DNA of 64,000 nucleotides from Raillietiella orientalis. Its lineage: Eukaryota. This document shows positions 24,231 to 37,250 of the stretch, in pieces. Positions within the stretch are counted from its first letter, which is position 1. Each line of letters starts with the position of its first letter. Position numbers and translations under genes: made by a program. The stretch lies in assembly GCA_036172245.1 (NCBI GenBank), contig JAYWIR010000052.1, positions 186,001 to 250,000 of the forward strand. The letters run 5' to 3'. Below the pieces are notes generated by a model that was not told where the DNA came from, did no database searches, and worked only from the letters and a program-made list of their open reading frames with translations.

Positions 24231-25879
24231 ATCTTCGGTCGTGATGGTGGTCGTTAACATGCCAGTGGGGAGGAGGAAAAGGAATAATCAGAAATGGAAG
24301 TGACCGTCACGGTGCGCGTCCGCTGCCGGTCCTCGACGTCTTGCGCAATCGGCGCGGCCGAGCAGCCACCGTCAATCGCTCGAACGGACCAGCTCAACGA
24401 GCCACTGGAAGACAAGCAGCGACTCTGGCGCACGAAGAGGACCCCACACGCGCTCCTGCTTTCCTTCCTTTTCCCGGAAACTCGAAAGGGGGGAGAGCGA
24501 GCGGATATCCCCGGATCGTCGTCCGTTTTGACTCTTCTCGGGAGGCGCTCGGCTCGCTGGTTGCCAAAGGGTCTCTCGCGAACCAGGGGAAGCTGCCTGC
24601 CGTGGTGATTCCGCAACAGATCCGATGGCGAGGAGGACGCGAGAGCGTCGCGCGGGGTCCAGCCGTTCGACTGACGCTCATCCCGGCGGAAGAGATACGG
24701 GATCCCGGGCTTCGTCCGGCGCGCCGAGGTCTGCTCCTTTTCAGGACGTCCTCGGGGCCGGAACGCCTGGTAGAGGAACCTGGTTCCCGCAGAGGCGCAG
24801 AGCGGACGCTTCCCACCGCGACGCGGCAGGAGGCGACCTTAGACGCCCTCTCCCTTTCGGGAAGCGCTCGCCGAAGCGGAATTCCCGCATACCCGGGATC
24901 TCCCGGGATCTGCGTCAGCGCGGTATCTGCTTGTCCTCATCACTTTAAGCGGGGATCAGCAACAGCTCTATTATCTGAGGCTGCCATCTGTCTGCGTTGC
25001 TCCCTTGCCCACGATGATTCTCAACCGCCATCTTTATCTCCGATCCCGTCGCCAATTTTTATTTTTATTTTTTCAAACGGCGGGGACGACCACAGCAACA
25101 ACAACGAAAAGAAAAAAACAATAACAAAAAAAAGAAACGTGCTGGAACATCAAAGACGAAAGCGAGCGTTGAAATTAAAAGCCAATCAGGAAGATGCAGG
25201 CCATAGGGGTAAACATGTTTTGATTTATGTATTCTTCTTCGCTTCCTCTCGGAGGGTAAGAAAGAGCGACATGCCTCGAGGACTCTCCATTTTGCATCAC
25301 TCTGTCCAACCACACATCCACGAGTGCCATCTTTTCACGCACCGTCTGGTGTTCTCTGCGTGGGGAAACAAAGAACAAAAACGACAGCAGCAGCAGCCAC
25401 GACAATGACGATAATAAATAAACGCTCCCTGTAATCGTTGAAAAATTTTCGATTCATACTTTCAGGGTAAAGAGCCCCGAACGGGATTCACTTGTCCCCT
25501 TTTGGAAGATGACTTTACCCCCACGCCCGAAAGGTGGCAGCCTTTGTTCAGCGTCCCGCGTTTGCGTCACTTCCTGTGCATGCCATTGTTGCCGCGCGAC
25601 GCTACCTGCTGCGGCCGGGAGAGTACTTCGGCCGCGGTGGAGAGTAGCAGTGCTGCCACATCCCCTAAAGTGCAAAGAATCCTCCTCGGAAGAACTCCGA
25701 CGAAAGTCTCATCTGGCAAATTTTTTTCAAGTCGAGGGCGCCTTTCATTGTTTTTTTTTTTTTTTTTTTGGGGGGGGGGTGCAGTGCTTACCGCTGCTCC
25801 CGAGCACCGGTGCCATTGTCTCCGGACAAAGGAATCCCCGGGTGCAACCGGCGATTGCATTTGACTAGCGCCGAGGAAT

Positions 25880-26290
25880 GATTTATGCAGTGGCTCCCCG
25901 CTCCCTGAACGCTTGCAAGGGGTCCAGGTCACAGCTGGGCCATTGCGAGCGACCATCCGACTTCCTTGTTGTCCGCGAAGAATGCGGGTGTTCAGCCAGC
26001 GTCGGGATTCGGGACACATCGGGACGGAGCAGCCAGCTCTCCTGGCATTCCTTCATTAATTCTGTTTGCTTTGTTTTGTTTGCTTCTGGCTTGCAGCCGA
26101 TTGAACAGACCGAATCGCTTGGGTAGTTGCACCCATGGCGCAGCCGTGGCGCATTCGGCAAAATCGTCACGTCTCCATGGAAGCCACGAGGAGACCGCCT
26201 TACCGTTCCTTTCCGAACAGGGGAGGTGATCGGAGCGGCCGGAACAGATCGGCCACGAAATGCCCGAATGGTCTTCCACATTGCACGAGA
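25880..26290 (-). pseudogene. Possible Tc1/mariner transposase C-terminal relic
   Basis: WLLRPD..AEH.HSSRTT..QWPSCDLDPL resembles the FQQD.AP.H..WPP.SPDLNPIE signature; degenerate and no TIR found. Confidence 0.35.
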
Positions 26291-27269
26291 GAGACTTGTC
26301 CGAGGGTCCTGCTCCTACGTGGCGAAAGGATCGTGCACGCAGCCTCCTTCTCTCTCTCTCTCTCTCTCTTTTTTTTTTGTTTGGCGCGCCAGGGTACGGG
26401 TGTGTCAGGGATGTGCCACAAAGGACTGTGCGTGTGCACTCACGGAAAAGCAGAGAAAGCGCCTCCAGCAGGAAGCTGCTTTTTTCCTTTTACCAGGGCG
26501 ACTGCTGCGAGGCGCAATCCTCCAGCGTCCGTACCGAAAAACAAAAAGGAAAAAAAAAAAAAATATGATGAAAATGAAGATGGTGGGAGGTTGGTGCACC
26601 TTCAGAAGTTGCGTCATGGAGAAGATGGGTTCGATGCACAGCCGCGTCGGCGGTGCGACTCAGGCGTTAAGATAACGGGGATGCCGGCGCGTTCCTTTTG
26701 CTCGGCTCGGCAGTCGGCTTCGGGTGAAGGTGAGCTCTGCGTCCGCGGCTGCGCTGAGGACGGACCGATCCCGAGCTGGCGGAAGCGGAACGGGAGGGAG
26801 ACTGGTGGATGGTGTGTTCTTCCTGGGCCGGGTGCATCCGTGGGTTTTTCCGCGAGCAGCAGAAGCAGCCGCCGGGACGGGGATTTCTTCCCGGAAGTTT
26901 GCAGGCGCGCCGCTCACCTGGACTGGAACGAGCTGGAGGAGGAAGAACAAACGGAGGGATGCGGCGGCGCGCAGTTTCGCGATCTGCCAGGAGCGCTGGG
27001 AATTATTCATAGAGCGGAAGCCCCCTGCGCCCCCGGGAGCGGCGGCAAGGACAGGCGCTAGGCTTCGTCCACGGTGTTTGCGATGTTCCCGAGCGCGCTT
27101 GTTTGTATTCCCCATCTCCGAAGTCTCTCCTGGGCAGGGCGGACTCGCGAGGTCCAAGGGAAAAAAGTGGGGGGAAGGCGTCCCGGAAGGGAAGGAGGAG
27201 GACTGTTTATAAAGGGTCCGTCATCGAGTAGGAACGCTGCTCTGTTGATTTTACCCAGACAGCCCCGCA

Positions 27270-27842
27270 GTTTCGGAATCTCCCGCGTGGACGCCCCCGC
27301 GGCCGCGCTCTTTGAGCGCGGTGCAGGTTCGAATCCCGCTCGGGGAAGGGTCCACCCCGTGAACGGGGGGGGGGCTGCAACGTGGGTTCCGGGTTCCCAC
27401 CGCAGGAGGACGCTGGCTGGTCTATTTGGGTGCGGCGGCAGTGCTGGACATCTAATGCCCTTGCTGACTGGCTGAAGTCGGAAGCTGATCCTCCGGGGTC
27501 CTTCCAGGACATCAAGGAGTCCTTTGAGGTTGCTCGCCGATTGTGAAAAGGGAGCCCCCAGTCGCGTACCATGGAGCTGGTGGATTGGTGCCTCTCCAGA
27601 ATGCAAGAAGCGCTTTGCTCCCTTCGGGTAGCGGGTCCTTCAGGGAAATTGGGAGACGGTGTCCCTCCGGGGTCCTCTTCAGAGAAGGGAACGAGGAGCG
27701 GATCCTTTCCGGGGGTTCTCTCCGGAGAGAGAGAGGAATGGAATCCTTCCTCCAGAGCCTTCCTGGATTCATGGGACGGCCTCCTCCGGGGGACACCCCC
27801 TACAACTCGAAGAGTTACACTCACCCCCTCGGGTGGCGTGGA
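27270..27842 (+). mobile_element. tRNA-headed SINE-like element, copy 2 (inverted relative to copy 1)
   Basis: B-box GGTTCGAATCC at 27326-27336; 3' body homologous to 16848-17300; A-box degenerate. Confidence 0.55.
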
Positions 27843-28232
27843 TGATACTTAAACAGCTTCTTGAGCCCCCCGTGAGGTGGCGAGCGGTTCTTCAGCACTC
27901 GGAGAACCAGAAAAAAAGGAAAAGAAAAAAGGAAGGAAAGCAGCGAAGCAGAAGACCCAAGATGATTTCCACCCTCCTTTTTTCGTAAAGAAAAAGAAGA
28001 GAGAGAGAGAGAGAAAGAAATCGGAAAGGCTGGAGATGCAACCGAACGCTGCAGCCACGAAGGTTCCCAGCGAACCGAACCTCCCCTGCCGCTTTCGGCT
28101 GCAGGTCTTTCGTTGTCTGTCGTCCCGAGTTCTTCGCCCCGTCGGCGCCGTCGTCTCGGTACGTCCGCGCCCGCCAAGCGCCGTCTTCCGAGCGTCAAGC
28201 AGCGAGAACCACCTGCACTCGCAGCGCCGCGA

Positions 28233-29100
28233 GTCGTCCACCCGGGTGCGCGGGGCCATTTATTTATAAGGAAATAAACATTTACGATTTGTGCGGTTGG
28301 ACCGGTGGTCCAACCACGTCCGTTTTACCGGAAGCCTGCTGGGTTACCGGTTCGCAGCATGCTGAGGTCCGACACGGCAGCAGAGGATAGGGGGGGGGGA
28401 GGGAACAAACAAAAAGAAAAACTGCAAACAAAAATAAATGGGAGTAGGGGGGGTAACGGGGTGCAAGAATGGATCGCGTCTTGCTGGGGGCGGTCCTCTG
28501 CATGCTTTAGAAGATGCCGGCAAGCTTTGCATACAATCCTTCAGGTAGGGCCATCTTGTTGCCGTCCTCATGAAGCAGACGGCAAATTGGATATGGCACC
28601 CCTGTCGCTCGGTCCTCCTCTTGCGTGGCTCCAGGCAGAGACGATCCCGCGTAGGCAGCACAGGGCTGCTGGCGAGGCTGCCGGCCGAAGGGCTTCGCGA
28701 ACGAAGAGGAGTTTCAGAGCGTTCCTGGAGTTGCCGCGGGGGTTCCTGGGGTCGGGGCAAAGCGTCCCCGGAGGGCGACACAATCCTCAAGCAGGTGCGG
28801 GAAGGGTTCGCGCTCCTCGCACCTGGCACGGCTGGGGTCCACCGCCTCCGTGTCCAGTGATGCCTGCGGGCGTTGCACAGGAGAACCCAGTGCAGCAGCA
28901 GCGCCGCCTCCTGCCACTTCAAGAGGAAGGCGTGTGCGTCCAAAAGCACTAGGGGCCACTGCAGGTCTTCCTCCGGAATATCCAGCAGCAGCTCTCCCCA
29001 GCTCAAAAGACCTCGGGGTGGGGCAGTCCCCGGGATCGCAGTATCTGTAAGCCGGCCCGTCGTCTACTCACCGAGTCTTTTTGGTCCTTGTGGGGATCTC
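28233..29100 (-). mobile_element. LINE ORF2 C-terminus and 3' end
   Basis: ORF 28344-29006 has WGELLLDIPEEDLQW..WQEAALLLHWVLLCNARRHHW and CEEREPFPHLLEDCVAL; 3' motif ATAAATGGCCCCGCGCACCCGGGTGG. Confidence 0.75.
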
Positions 29101-29369
29101 GGAGGGTGAGACCATCTAGCGGAGACCTTCCATCTAGCCGCAAGGCTGCTTCCCGCTACGTTCCCTCAGGGGGTGCAGCACCGCGAGGAGGATCAGCGTT
29201 GCGAAGACGAACTCCCGACCGCGGAGATGGTCCGCTTCGTGGTCGCATCGGGAGGCATCGGGTGCCGGCGCAGCACCTCAGCTCGCTGCGACAACAGGAA
29301 AGCAGAAGACAGAAAACTCTTGCAGCAGCAGCTTCCGGCAGAGGGACAAACGGAGGGAGGGAGGGGACA

Positions 29370-31400
29370 GTAAATAGATAAATAAGAAGAGACGGGAGGG
29401 TAGAGGGATATAGGTCTTTCTTCGCTCCTTTCTTTCTAGAAGCGGCTGTGCATGGTGGCTACCTCTCTGATGACTTCTTCGGCGTTGCCGAAGAGGGAAG
29501 GATGCCCCGGCGCACCCGATGGCAGCTTGCTTTCCCATCCCGGTGCCCGGAGACGCAGTGTCCGGCCTTCTTTCTTATTATGGGGGCTCCAAGAAGGAAG
29601 ATGGGCGGCGGCAGGCGTACCGAGCGAAACGCGGAAGTCGCGGGAAAAGTTCTGGGGCAGGAAAATGGAAACTTCCAGGAAGTCGACGCGGGGAATTTTT
29701 TCCGACGCGATCAAACCGGAAGGGGGGGGGGGGACCTTTCGTGGCCTCGTCGGATAATCTCCTCGCTAGGTGCGATGGACCCGCAGGATGCTCCTCCTCC
29801 ATCACCGTCGTCACTGAGACTTCTTTTTTTTCTTCTTCCTCTCCTTCTTTGCGATCCGTCAAACGAAATGGAAAGGTAGCCGGGAATCGAAGTGAGGTAA
29901 TGGAATCCCAGGGAGCGCCGCTGATCACCCATTCATCATCCCCGGATCCTCCCAATCGTAGATGGAGTGTCAATACATTCTATTCTGCCGGGGCTCGAGT
30001 GCGCGTCGACGATTTATCGCCTTCTGCTGTCGGTGGCAGCCTCACCCCGCCATCCATTCCTGTCCTCGTAATGGTCGGCTAACTCGGCTAATTGGGCGCC
30101 TCACTAATCTGCGGTCAGTCGATAAGAAACGGAGTTTCTGTTCAACCAGAAAGTCCGCCTGTCCTTCCGCGGGTCCTCGACTGCGCCGCTCTCCGCCGGA
30201 ATCCCCCCGTTTCCAGAGCGACGACCGCTCGAGGGAAGAAGAGCATCCGCGCGTCGGTCCCTTCGAGGAAGCAGGCCCGTCGAGGTTTCTTCTGCCCGGT
30301 GACGCCGGGCGTTCATTTGGAAAAATAAACCACAGATCAGAGGGGAACGGCGTCCCTTCCTTGTGTGTACAAGAGATGCTCCCTCCCCCGTCTTCAAAAA
30401 AAAATAAAATAAAATAAAAAAAAAAAAACGGAGTTCATTGGGCATGACCGCCGGCATGCAGGCGGGTTTCCATGAAAATAGGGAACGGGATGGAGGGGGC
30501 AATAAATAAACAAAAAAAACAGGGGGGGGGGGGAGCAGCTTTGGTCTTTCTTCGCTCCTTTCTTTCTAGACACGGCTGTGTACGGTGGCGACCTCTCTGA
30601 TGACTTCTTCTGGCAGGTGAGGCGCCACCTCGTGGCACACACCTCACGAGGGCGGCAGCTGCCATGCCGGCGGCCTCCTCCCCTTCGCTGCTGACGAGAC
30701 CCCATCTCGGAGCGGGCAGTGGCGATGGCGCGGAGGCACGACATCCCGTTGCCACGAGGGCACCTGACGTCACCCCGCCTCGCGTGAAGGAGCGCCGCAG
30801 CTCGTCCGAAGCGGCGCCGTCCAGGTGGCGGAGCGCCGAAGCGAGAGTCGCACCGCCGCAGGTGAGCGAGGGCGCTGCAGTCCAGCGGGAGGTGCGGGAG
30901 CGACCGTTCGGGGAGGCAGCTCCCCAGGAAAAGGGGGTGGTGCCTGCGCCGGTTGCCACGGCGATCCCCAGTGCAGGAACAGCAGGACATCCTGTGGTTT
31001 CCAACGGAGCTGGAACACGGAGGTGTCCGCGCACACAGGGGGGAAGGGGCCCCTTCTTCGCCCGGGGACGAGTGGGCGCCGTCCACCAACGCGCCGCTCG
31101 TCTTGCAGCCGTCCGGGAGTCTCTCGACTCGCTCCCGTTTTGCAGGAGAACTCTTCGAGGATGCGCTCGCGTTTCCGAGTACTTCCTGCTCGCCGTGGAA
31201 ACCGAATGCGTGCGTGTGGATGTCGTCCCGAAACCAGGAAGAGGATCGGTACGGAGAAATTGCTCCCGGAAGAAAGCAAAAGGACGGCGGGAACGGAATG
31301 GATGCGATCTTGCATTCGGTCGCGAATCCACCGGGGGGCGTCGCGCGCTTTTCGGCGTCAGCGAGGGGGCAGCTCGCGAGCGGCCGGCTGACCGGAGCTA
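29370..31400 (-). mobile_element. Two further LINE 3'-end fragments
   Basis: 29413-29480 and 30543-30610 are homologous (GGTCTTTCTTCGCTCCTTTCTTTCTAGA..CCTCTCTGATGACTTCTTC) and encode EEVIREVAT(M/V)HSR. Also SLPHLPLDCSAL at about 30880 and the 3' hairpin motif at 30284-30330. Confidence 0.6.
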
Positions 31401-34400
31401 CGCGCGTCGGCGATCTTTTTTCTCTTCTTTTGCGCAGCTTTTCACGCCCGCTCTCCCGTTCGCGCTCTTCGCAGGCACGCATCTCCGTGCGCGCTTGCTG
31501 GAGCTCGGCGACGGCCCTCCGCCGGAGGTTTCCCAAGTCGAACCGGAAACGGGGGAAGAGGGGAGGGGTAGCTGCATCCAAAATCCACGAGGGCAGATCT
31601 TCAGAGATGGAACGAAAAAACGCGTAGGCGCGCGCCTCTTCCCCCCCTTCCTTCGCCCCCACTCGCTCCCGCGTGCCAGCGAAGCCGCCACGGACGCACG
31701 AACTGCTGAGGAGGAGAGCGGCCGCGTTTCCGGAATTTTCTGCCCCGTTGCCTAAAACATGGCGCCCGGAAACATGTGGCGTTTGCTTGGCCTTTTTTTT
31801 TTGGGGTGGGTGGGCTTTGCCGCCCTCTTTCGGGCCGCGTACCGGGAGGAACGTTGGATACGGATGTGACGCTTGCTTTCTATCCAACCCGATGTCGGCA
31901 TCTGACGCGTGACGCGGACCAGGACTCTCGACATCCGGCACGTGACGTGCACGGAAGGACCGTCTTGGAAGCTGCGAACGTGATCTTCGTGTGTCCGTCG
32001 CATCTCGGCGTCCATCTGCGAGGGGGCGCGGCGGAAAGAAAGTGCGACGCGCGAGTTTTCGACGGAGCGGCGGAATTTCGATTCGGATGTCGCTCGGGGG
32101 ACGGCGTAAGAGGAAACTTCCGTCTGCGAGCAGTCAGAGTTCAGAGATCAGCTCGTGGCAGGAGCCGGGAGGAAGGAGGGGGTGGTGGTGTCGAGTTGCT
32201 TCCAGCGAGGTGAGGCTGGTCGGCGTACATATGGGTCGGCGCACGGTGGGTGCTCCCGCCGGTCCTTGGGAGGGACGAGCTGCTTTCTCCGGAGCCCTTC
32301 CGGGATTCGCGGGGTCCCACCTCGAGGAGCTACTGCTCGCGCCGCCCGCGGCGTCGAAGAGTTTCGTGAGCTCCCGACGGAGGCGATCGGCTGCTCGCGA
32401 ACCGAAAAAGAGAAAGGGGAAAAGCCGAAGGAGGGAGAGGAAGAGAGCGAAGGAGGCTGCGCGTCGAACCGGTGGTCGCGCGAGCTGCGGAAGAAGGCTT
32501 GCCCGGGGAGGAGGGAGGCGTCCTCCGCATCGGGAGCTCCCCCCTTCCTGGCCCGCGGCGCGCGTGCAAAAGTGTGCGGGGCGCGCCACCGCAGCCCCGC
32601 CTGCGGCCCTCGACGCAGGTCCCCCGGCCGGCCAGAAGCGGCTACGAGCGGATGGGCAGCCGGACGGCATGTCCGCTTTGCCCGCTCCAGCAGTGCGGAG
32701 ACCGTGAATCACGAAGATGGAAATCTTTCGACAGATTTACGATTTCAAACGGAAGCGGCGGAAGGATGGGAGACGCTCGCGGATTCCGGTCCACCCGTGT
32801 TCCGCGCCTCTTCCCGGCAAGAGGTTATTGAGATCCCGCAGCTTGCCAAGGACCACGGGCGCGCCGTCAAATCGTCGAGATCACCGAAATGCTTTTGTTT
32901 TATTTCGGGAAAAATGACTGCGCTATTTCAGACGGCGTAAATCAAAGTAGGATAAATAGAGATCTCCCTCCCCCCCCCCTCCAAAAAAAAAAAAAGGAAA
33001 AAAAAAAAAAAAAAAAACTCTGGCGAGCGTGCTTTGGCAGGCATCCTTGTTTACATCTGCAATAACCGTAATGGAGATTAAGGCTGGGAGGACCAACTGC
33101 AAAGGGAGCACCGCCTTCACGAGAGCTAATTCTGAATGTGCACCCTGAACCGATGTGTGTGTGTGTGTTGCTGACTCACCTGCGCAGGCGCTCCTCTTAA
33201 TGGGTTTTGCCTTCCCACCCCATCCCCCTCTTCTAGGCACACACATCCCAGACATCGAACACCACCGATGCTTCTTGCGCGGTCTGTGTGCACCCCACCA
33301 TTTCGTGCTGTGCCCTTTCCGCGGGCGAGTTTTCCTTTCCGTGCTTCGCGGTTCCTTCGCGCTGCACGCGCGTGAGCGCACGTTTGTGCGCGCAGCCCCC
33401 CCCCTCCCCTTTTTCCTCCGTCGTGCAGCGTCGCGCGGGGGGAAACCCATGAATTAAACAGGGAGGAGTAATGATTACGTCATGAATAGTAATCGGATTC
33501 GGGAAGGAAAGGATGCACGGCGGCGTAATCGGATTCTCCCCTTTCCTTTCCTCCGGCACGTGCGCGTGCGCTCGCCACGCGAGGGACACGCGGGCGCCAC
33601 GGGAAAGTGAATTAAACAAAAGACGTAAATAAATCACGAAGACGAAAAAGCGCGTTTATCCGAGGCTCGCCTCGTTCCGTGCCGTTCGGCGGTCTCTGGG
33701 CGGCACACAAGCAGCCCCTCCTCTGCGTAGAAAGGTCCTGCCGCCCCCGCACGTCCGGGATCTGCTGCTGTGCAGCGGCGCCGCAGGCAAACGCCTTTTC
33801 TTTCCTTCCTCCCTGCCGGGAGGCCGGCTGGCTGCACCGGGGGGGGGGAGAGGAATCTCCGGAAGACAGGGAACGAGCTGCGAGAAAACACACACACACA
33901 CGGAACACACACACACGTACACGGCAAAAACGACAATCGACGAAGATCGATCCCGGGAGCGCGGAGCCCCGAGATCGATGGTTGGGAAAAGGAAAGCGTC
34001 TTGACGGATTTATGGACACGAGCCGGCTCCTCGAGGAGGACTCCTGGAAAGGGAAGAGCCATCGGGCGCCTCGCCGAGTTCGGGCAGGGAAGAGCGCGCG
34101 CGAGGGAGAGAGACCGGATGGGGACTGTCCCTTCGCGCCCCCTCCTTTCCTCGCTCCTCCGCCAACCCTGCGCGCCCGAGGCGGAGGAAGGCCCTGCCGC
34201 CTCCACTCTTCCGGGGGAGAGCGCCCAGCTTCCCTCTGTCTCCTCCCAGCCATGGAAGCGACTTTCCCCCCACCTTTGCAAGTTCCCGCTGCTGCTCCCG
34301 CCCTTTTCTTCTTCCACCCTTCTATCGGTCCTTCCTCCGCTCCCCGCAGAGCGCATTCAGCCGCGTGGGGAAAAAGTCCTTGGATGTTTACCCCGGAGGC

Positions 34401-35899
34401 GCTGGCAAAAATGGGACCCACCCCCCACCCTCACAGCCAGCAGCAGCAGCAACACTGCTGCCGCGGCTAGAGCACCACCACCACCTTTCTGCGATCGCCG
34501 ACGGGCGCCGCCAGTTGCCCCCGAGGGAGGACTGCGGACAGGCGCGCGAGCGCCTCGGCGCAGCGGTTCTTCCGGGACCTTGGAGCCCGTTGCCCGAGAA
34601 ACGGAAGCTCCTGCGGAGAGGGGCGGGGTCCGCGGGAGTGAAGGAAGGACCAGGGAAGCTTCACCCACGGGGAGGCCCCTCGGTCGGTCCCCGGTCCCCG
34701 TGGCAGGAAAACACCTTCCCTCCTGACCCCCCGCAGGCTAGCGCCTGGCGTCTCTGCGGGGAGGTCAGGGCTGTCATGGCCAAGGGAGAGGCAGTGGAGT
34801 CGGACTCGCCCAACCCACTTCTTGGAAATCCCTCCGGATCCTTACGAGACCTTGTGGCAGGGGCGACCCCTGTGTGGTCCTCGCGACCCACGACGCCGGG
34901 GCGCCCCGCTGCCGCCAAGCTTTATGGTCGGTCGATGAGGCCGTAGGAGATCCGAACGGTGTGCGCGCCCTTTGACCTCGCCGCATCCCCTGCGGCGGCG
35001 CAGAGGGAGTCCTCTCCAGCTCCTTGCTGCAGGCGGAGGCCCCGCGCCCTCCGATGCGTGGCAGGCTGCCGCGATCCTGCTGGCGACGAGGGACGGGAGG
35101 GGCCGCCGCCGCCTCCAGGGATACCGGCGCAAGTCCTCCCCGAGTGGAGAAGCCGCGCAGCAGCCTCGTCCCCAGGGGCACGGGGTCCTTAGGGCAGCTG
35201 AGGGGCGCTCCCAGATGCACCCACGGGCAGCGCTCCCCGTTGTCTCCCGACGCTTGGAGGTGTCTGCAGGCAGCTGGACCGCGGCGAACCAGAAGCAACG
35301 GCGGCGCGTTCGACGTCTGCTCCGGGCCTGCGGAGTAGGGGAAAGCAGCTAAGGATGGTGATCGAGATGACCACGATTCCCCAGACGACGACGCTGATGG
35401 TGGCGATAGTGCCGGTGACGAAAAGGAGGAGGGAAAGAAGAGGAAATGAGAAGGAAGGGAACGGGAGAGAAAGAGGAGGAACAGGAGGAGGAGGGAGGAA
35501 AAGGAGAAAGAGGTGGAAGGGAGGAGGTCCTTCCAGCCATGTGTGCTCGCGTGACCTTCTGGAGACCTCGGACGCAGGCCACTCCCTCTTCCGAATCGCC
35601 GGACAGCGTCTCCAAGACGGAGCCAGGGCCGCGTCAGGGCCGGGTCCATCTCTCACGGGTGACCCCGCTCTCCACCCCCTGAAGATCGACAAGATTCGGC
35701 CCCCTCTCTCGGGTCAGCTCGGCGTCCCTGGAACCGGGGGGTGCCGCCCTTTGGTCGCGCCGATCCAGAGCAGGTCGCTGCTCGCGGTGCCCGAGGCGAC
35801 CGCCAGAGGCGCCGCGCGGCCGCGCATGAAAGGGGCTGGAGAGGGCGTGACCCTGCCCCTCGCCGCGGGCCATGAGAAGCTCCCGCTTCCTCGTTCCCG

Positions 35900-37250
35900 C
35901 CCGCGATCCGAGGCTCCTGCCTGGGGAGCTGGGGGGTAGAAGGAGGGGGGTTGCTCCCTTCTTGAACCCACGCGTTGCCTCCCAGCTGCTCTTGCTCTCC
36001 CGAGCGGGGGGCAGTTCTCGGGTGACCTCGGCCTCCGGAGCGTCGCGACCAGGGGCGCCTCTTCTCCGTAGCACCTCCTAAGGGCCGGACCGAAAGGACA
36101 GAGAACTCCACTGGCGCCGTGGCCACGTTCTCGGTGACTCTCCGAGGCCAAAATTTACGACGGACCGGAGGAAAGAGCTCCCTCGGCCCCGCGTCGCTCC
36201 ACGCCCGCCTTCCCTCCTTCCGCCCGGAGGTCGAGCCGCCATCGGCGCAGCGCTCAATGGCGCCCCAGCAAGAGTGCCGGAGGGTCTCCTTGCTCGGTGC
36301 CAGGGTCAGGCGGAGGCAAGATGTTACGGGGAGGGGGAGAAGACAGGAAAGAGAAGAAGGACGTGAACACGCCCACCGCTCGTCTTGTCGGCGCCGTCGC
36401 CGGGGCGAGGCTGTCCGAGTGGCGGCGCTAGCGATCGATCGCGCTGCCGACCTGCGGCAGGGGCGGCTCGAAGGCGCAGCCGCGGCCGGCGCCGTCCCGA
36501 GCGAACCGACAGCGGGGCGGCCGCCACTCGGGCAGCCCCGTCCCGGCGACCTCCATCGTGGGGGTGTTACCCCAGAAGGGGAGGGAGGGTTCGGTGGCAG
36601 GTGGCGCCCTCCCCCGGGAAACGTTTGCACCCGCGCCAGCTGCCTCTCCTCGGAGACGTCCCTAGTTGCGGCGCTGGGGAGGGTTGGGTAACCAGGGTAC
36701 CGCCCGCCCGTTCAGGCGCGCAGAGGCAGCTGGGAGACGGTGCGTGAGGTCCGAGAAGAGCGCCTCCCCCTTCCCCCCCCCCGCCTTCGCCGACCACCCG
36801 GCCTCCACCACCGTCAACCCGTCACCACTTAGCTCGCCGTCATCTGGACGGGTCGTCGTCGCCATGGACACCGCCGCCGTCTCCGGGGCTCTCGGAAGGC
36901 GAAGGTCCCGAGGAGCCCTCCCGGAGGAGGGGGAGGGGAACTCCGAGGTCCCGGAAAGAAGGGAGAGAAACGAAGCGGAGTGTCTCCTGCAGGACAGGGG
37001 GAGGAAGGAGGAGGAAGGCGGGGAAGAAGAGACAAGGTGCCCACGCAATGGGCCCCGGATCTTCGAGATGCGCCCGAGGCGGCAGAGGGGGACAGCCGCG
37101 CGCGCGACCTGGAAGGGAGACGGCGAAGCGGCGTGCGCGCCAGCCGGGGCTCAGTGGCCGGCGCCGAGGGTCGCCCAGGGCGACCGCGGAGCGGTCGAGG
37201 GCGGTATCCCTGTGCATGCAGGAAAGACTTTCTCAGGGACAGAGGGTTAG
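35900..37250 (+). mobile_element. Highly degenerate LINE endonuclease/interdomain relic
   Basis: FADHPAS..SSGRVVVAMDTAAV resembles the APE C-terminal SDH..GRG.WKLN.SLL motif. Confidence 0.3.

Noticed and set aside
29467..29500. Hammerhead-like CTGATGA plus 10-bp hairpin plus GAAG
   Set aside because: The core is GAAG rather than GAAA, stem II lacks the purine-pyrimidine closing pair, no stems I/III were found, and the paralog at about 30597 lacks the hairpin.
30394..31941. 515-aa ORF (also the 514-aa ORF at 39928-41472 and many others over 250 aa)
   Set aside because: These are Arg/Pro/Gly/Ala-rich ORFs open in several frames on both strands because GC-rich DNA lacks stop codons. They show no domain signal beyond LINE fragments.
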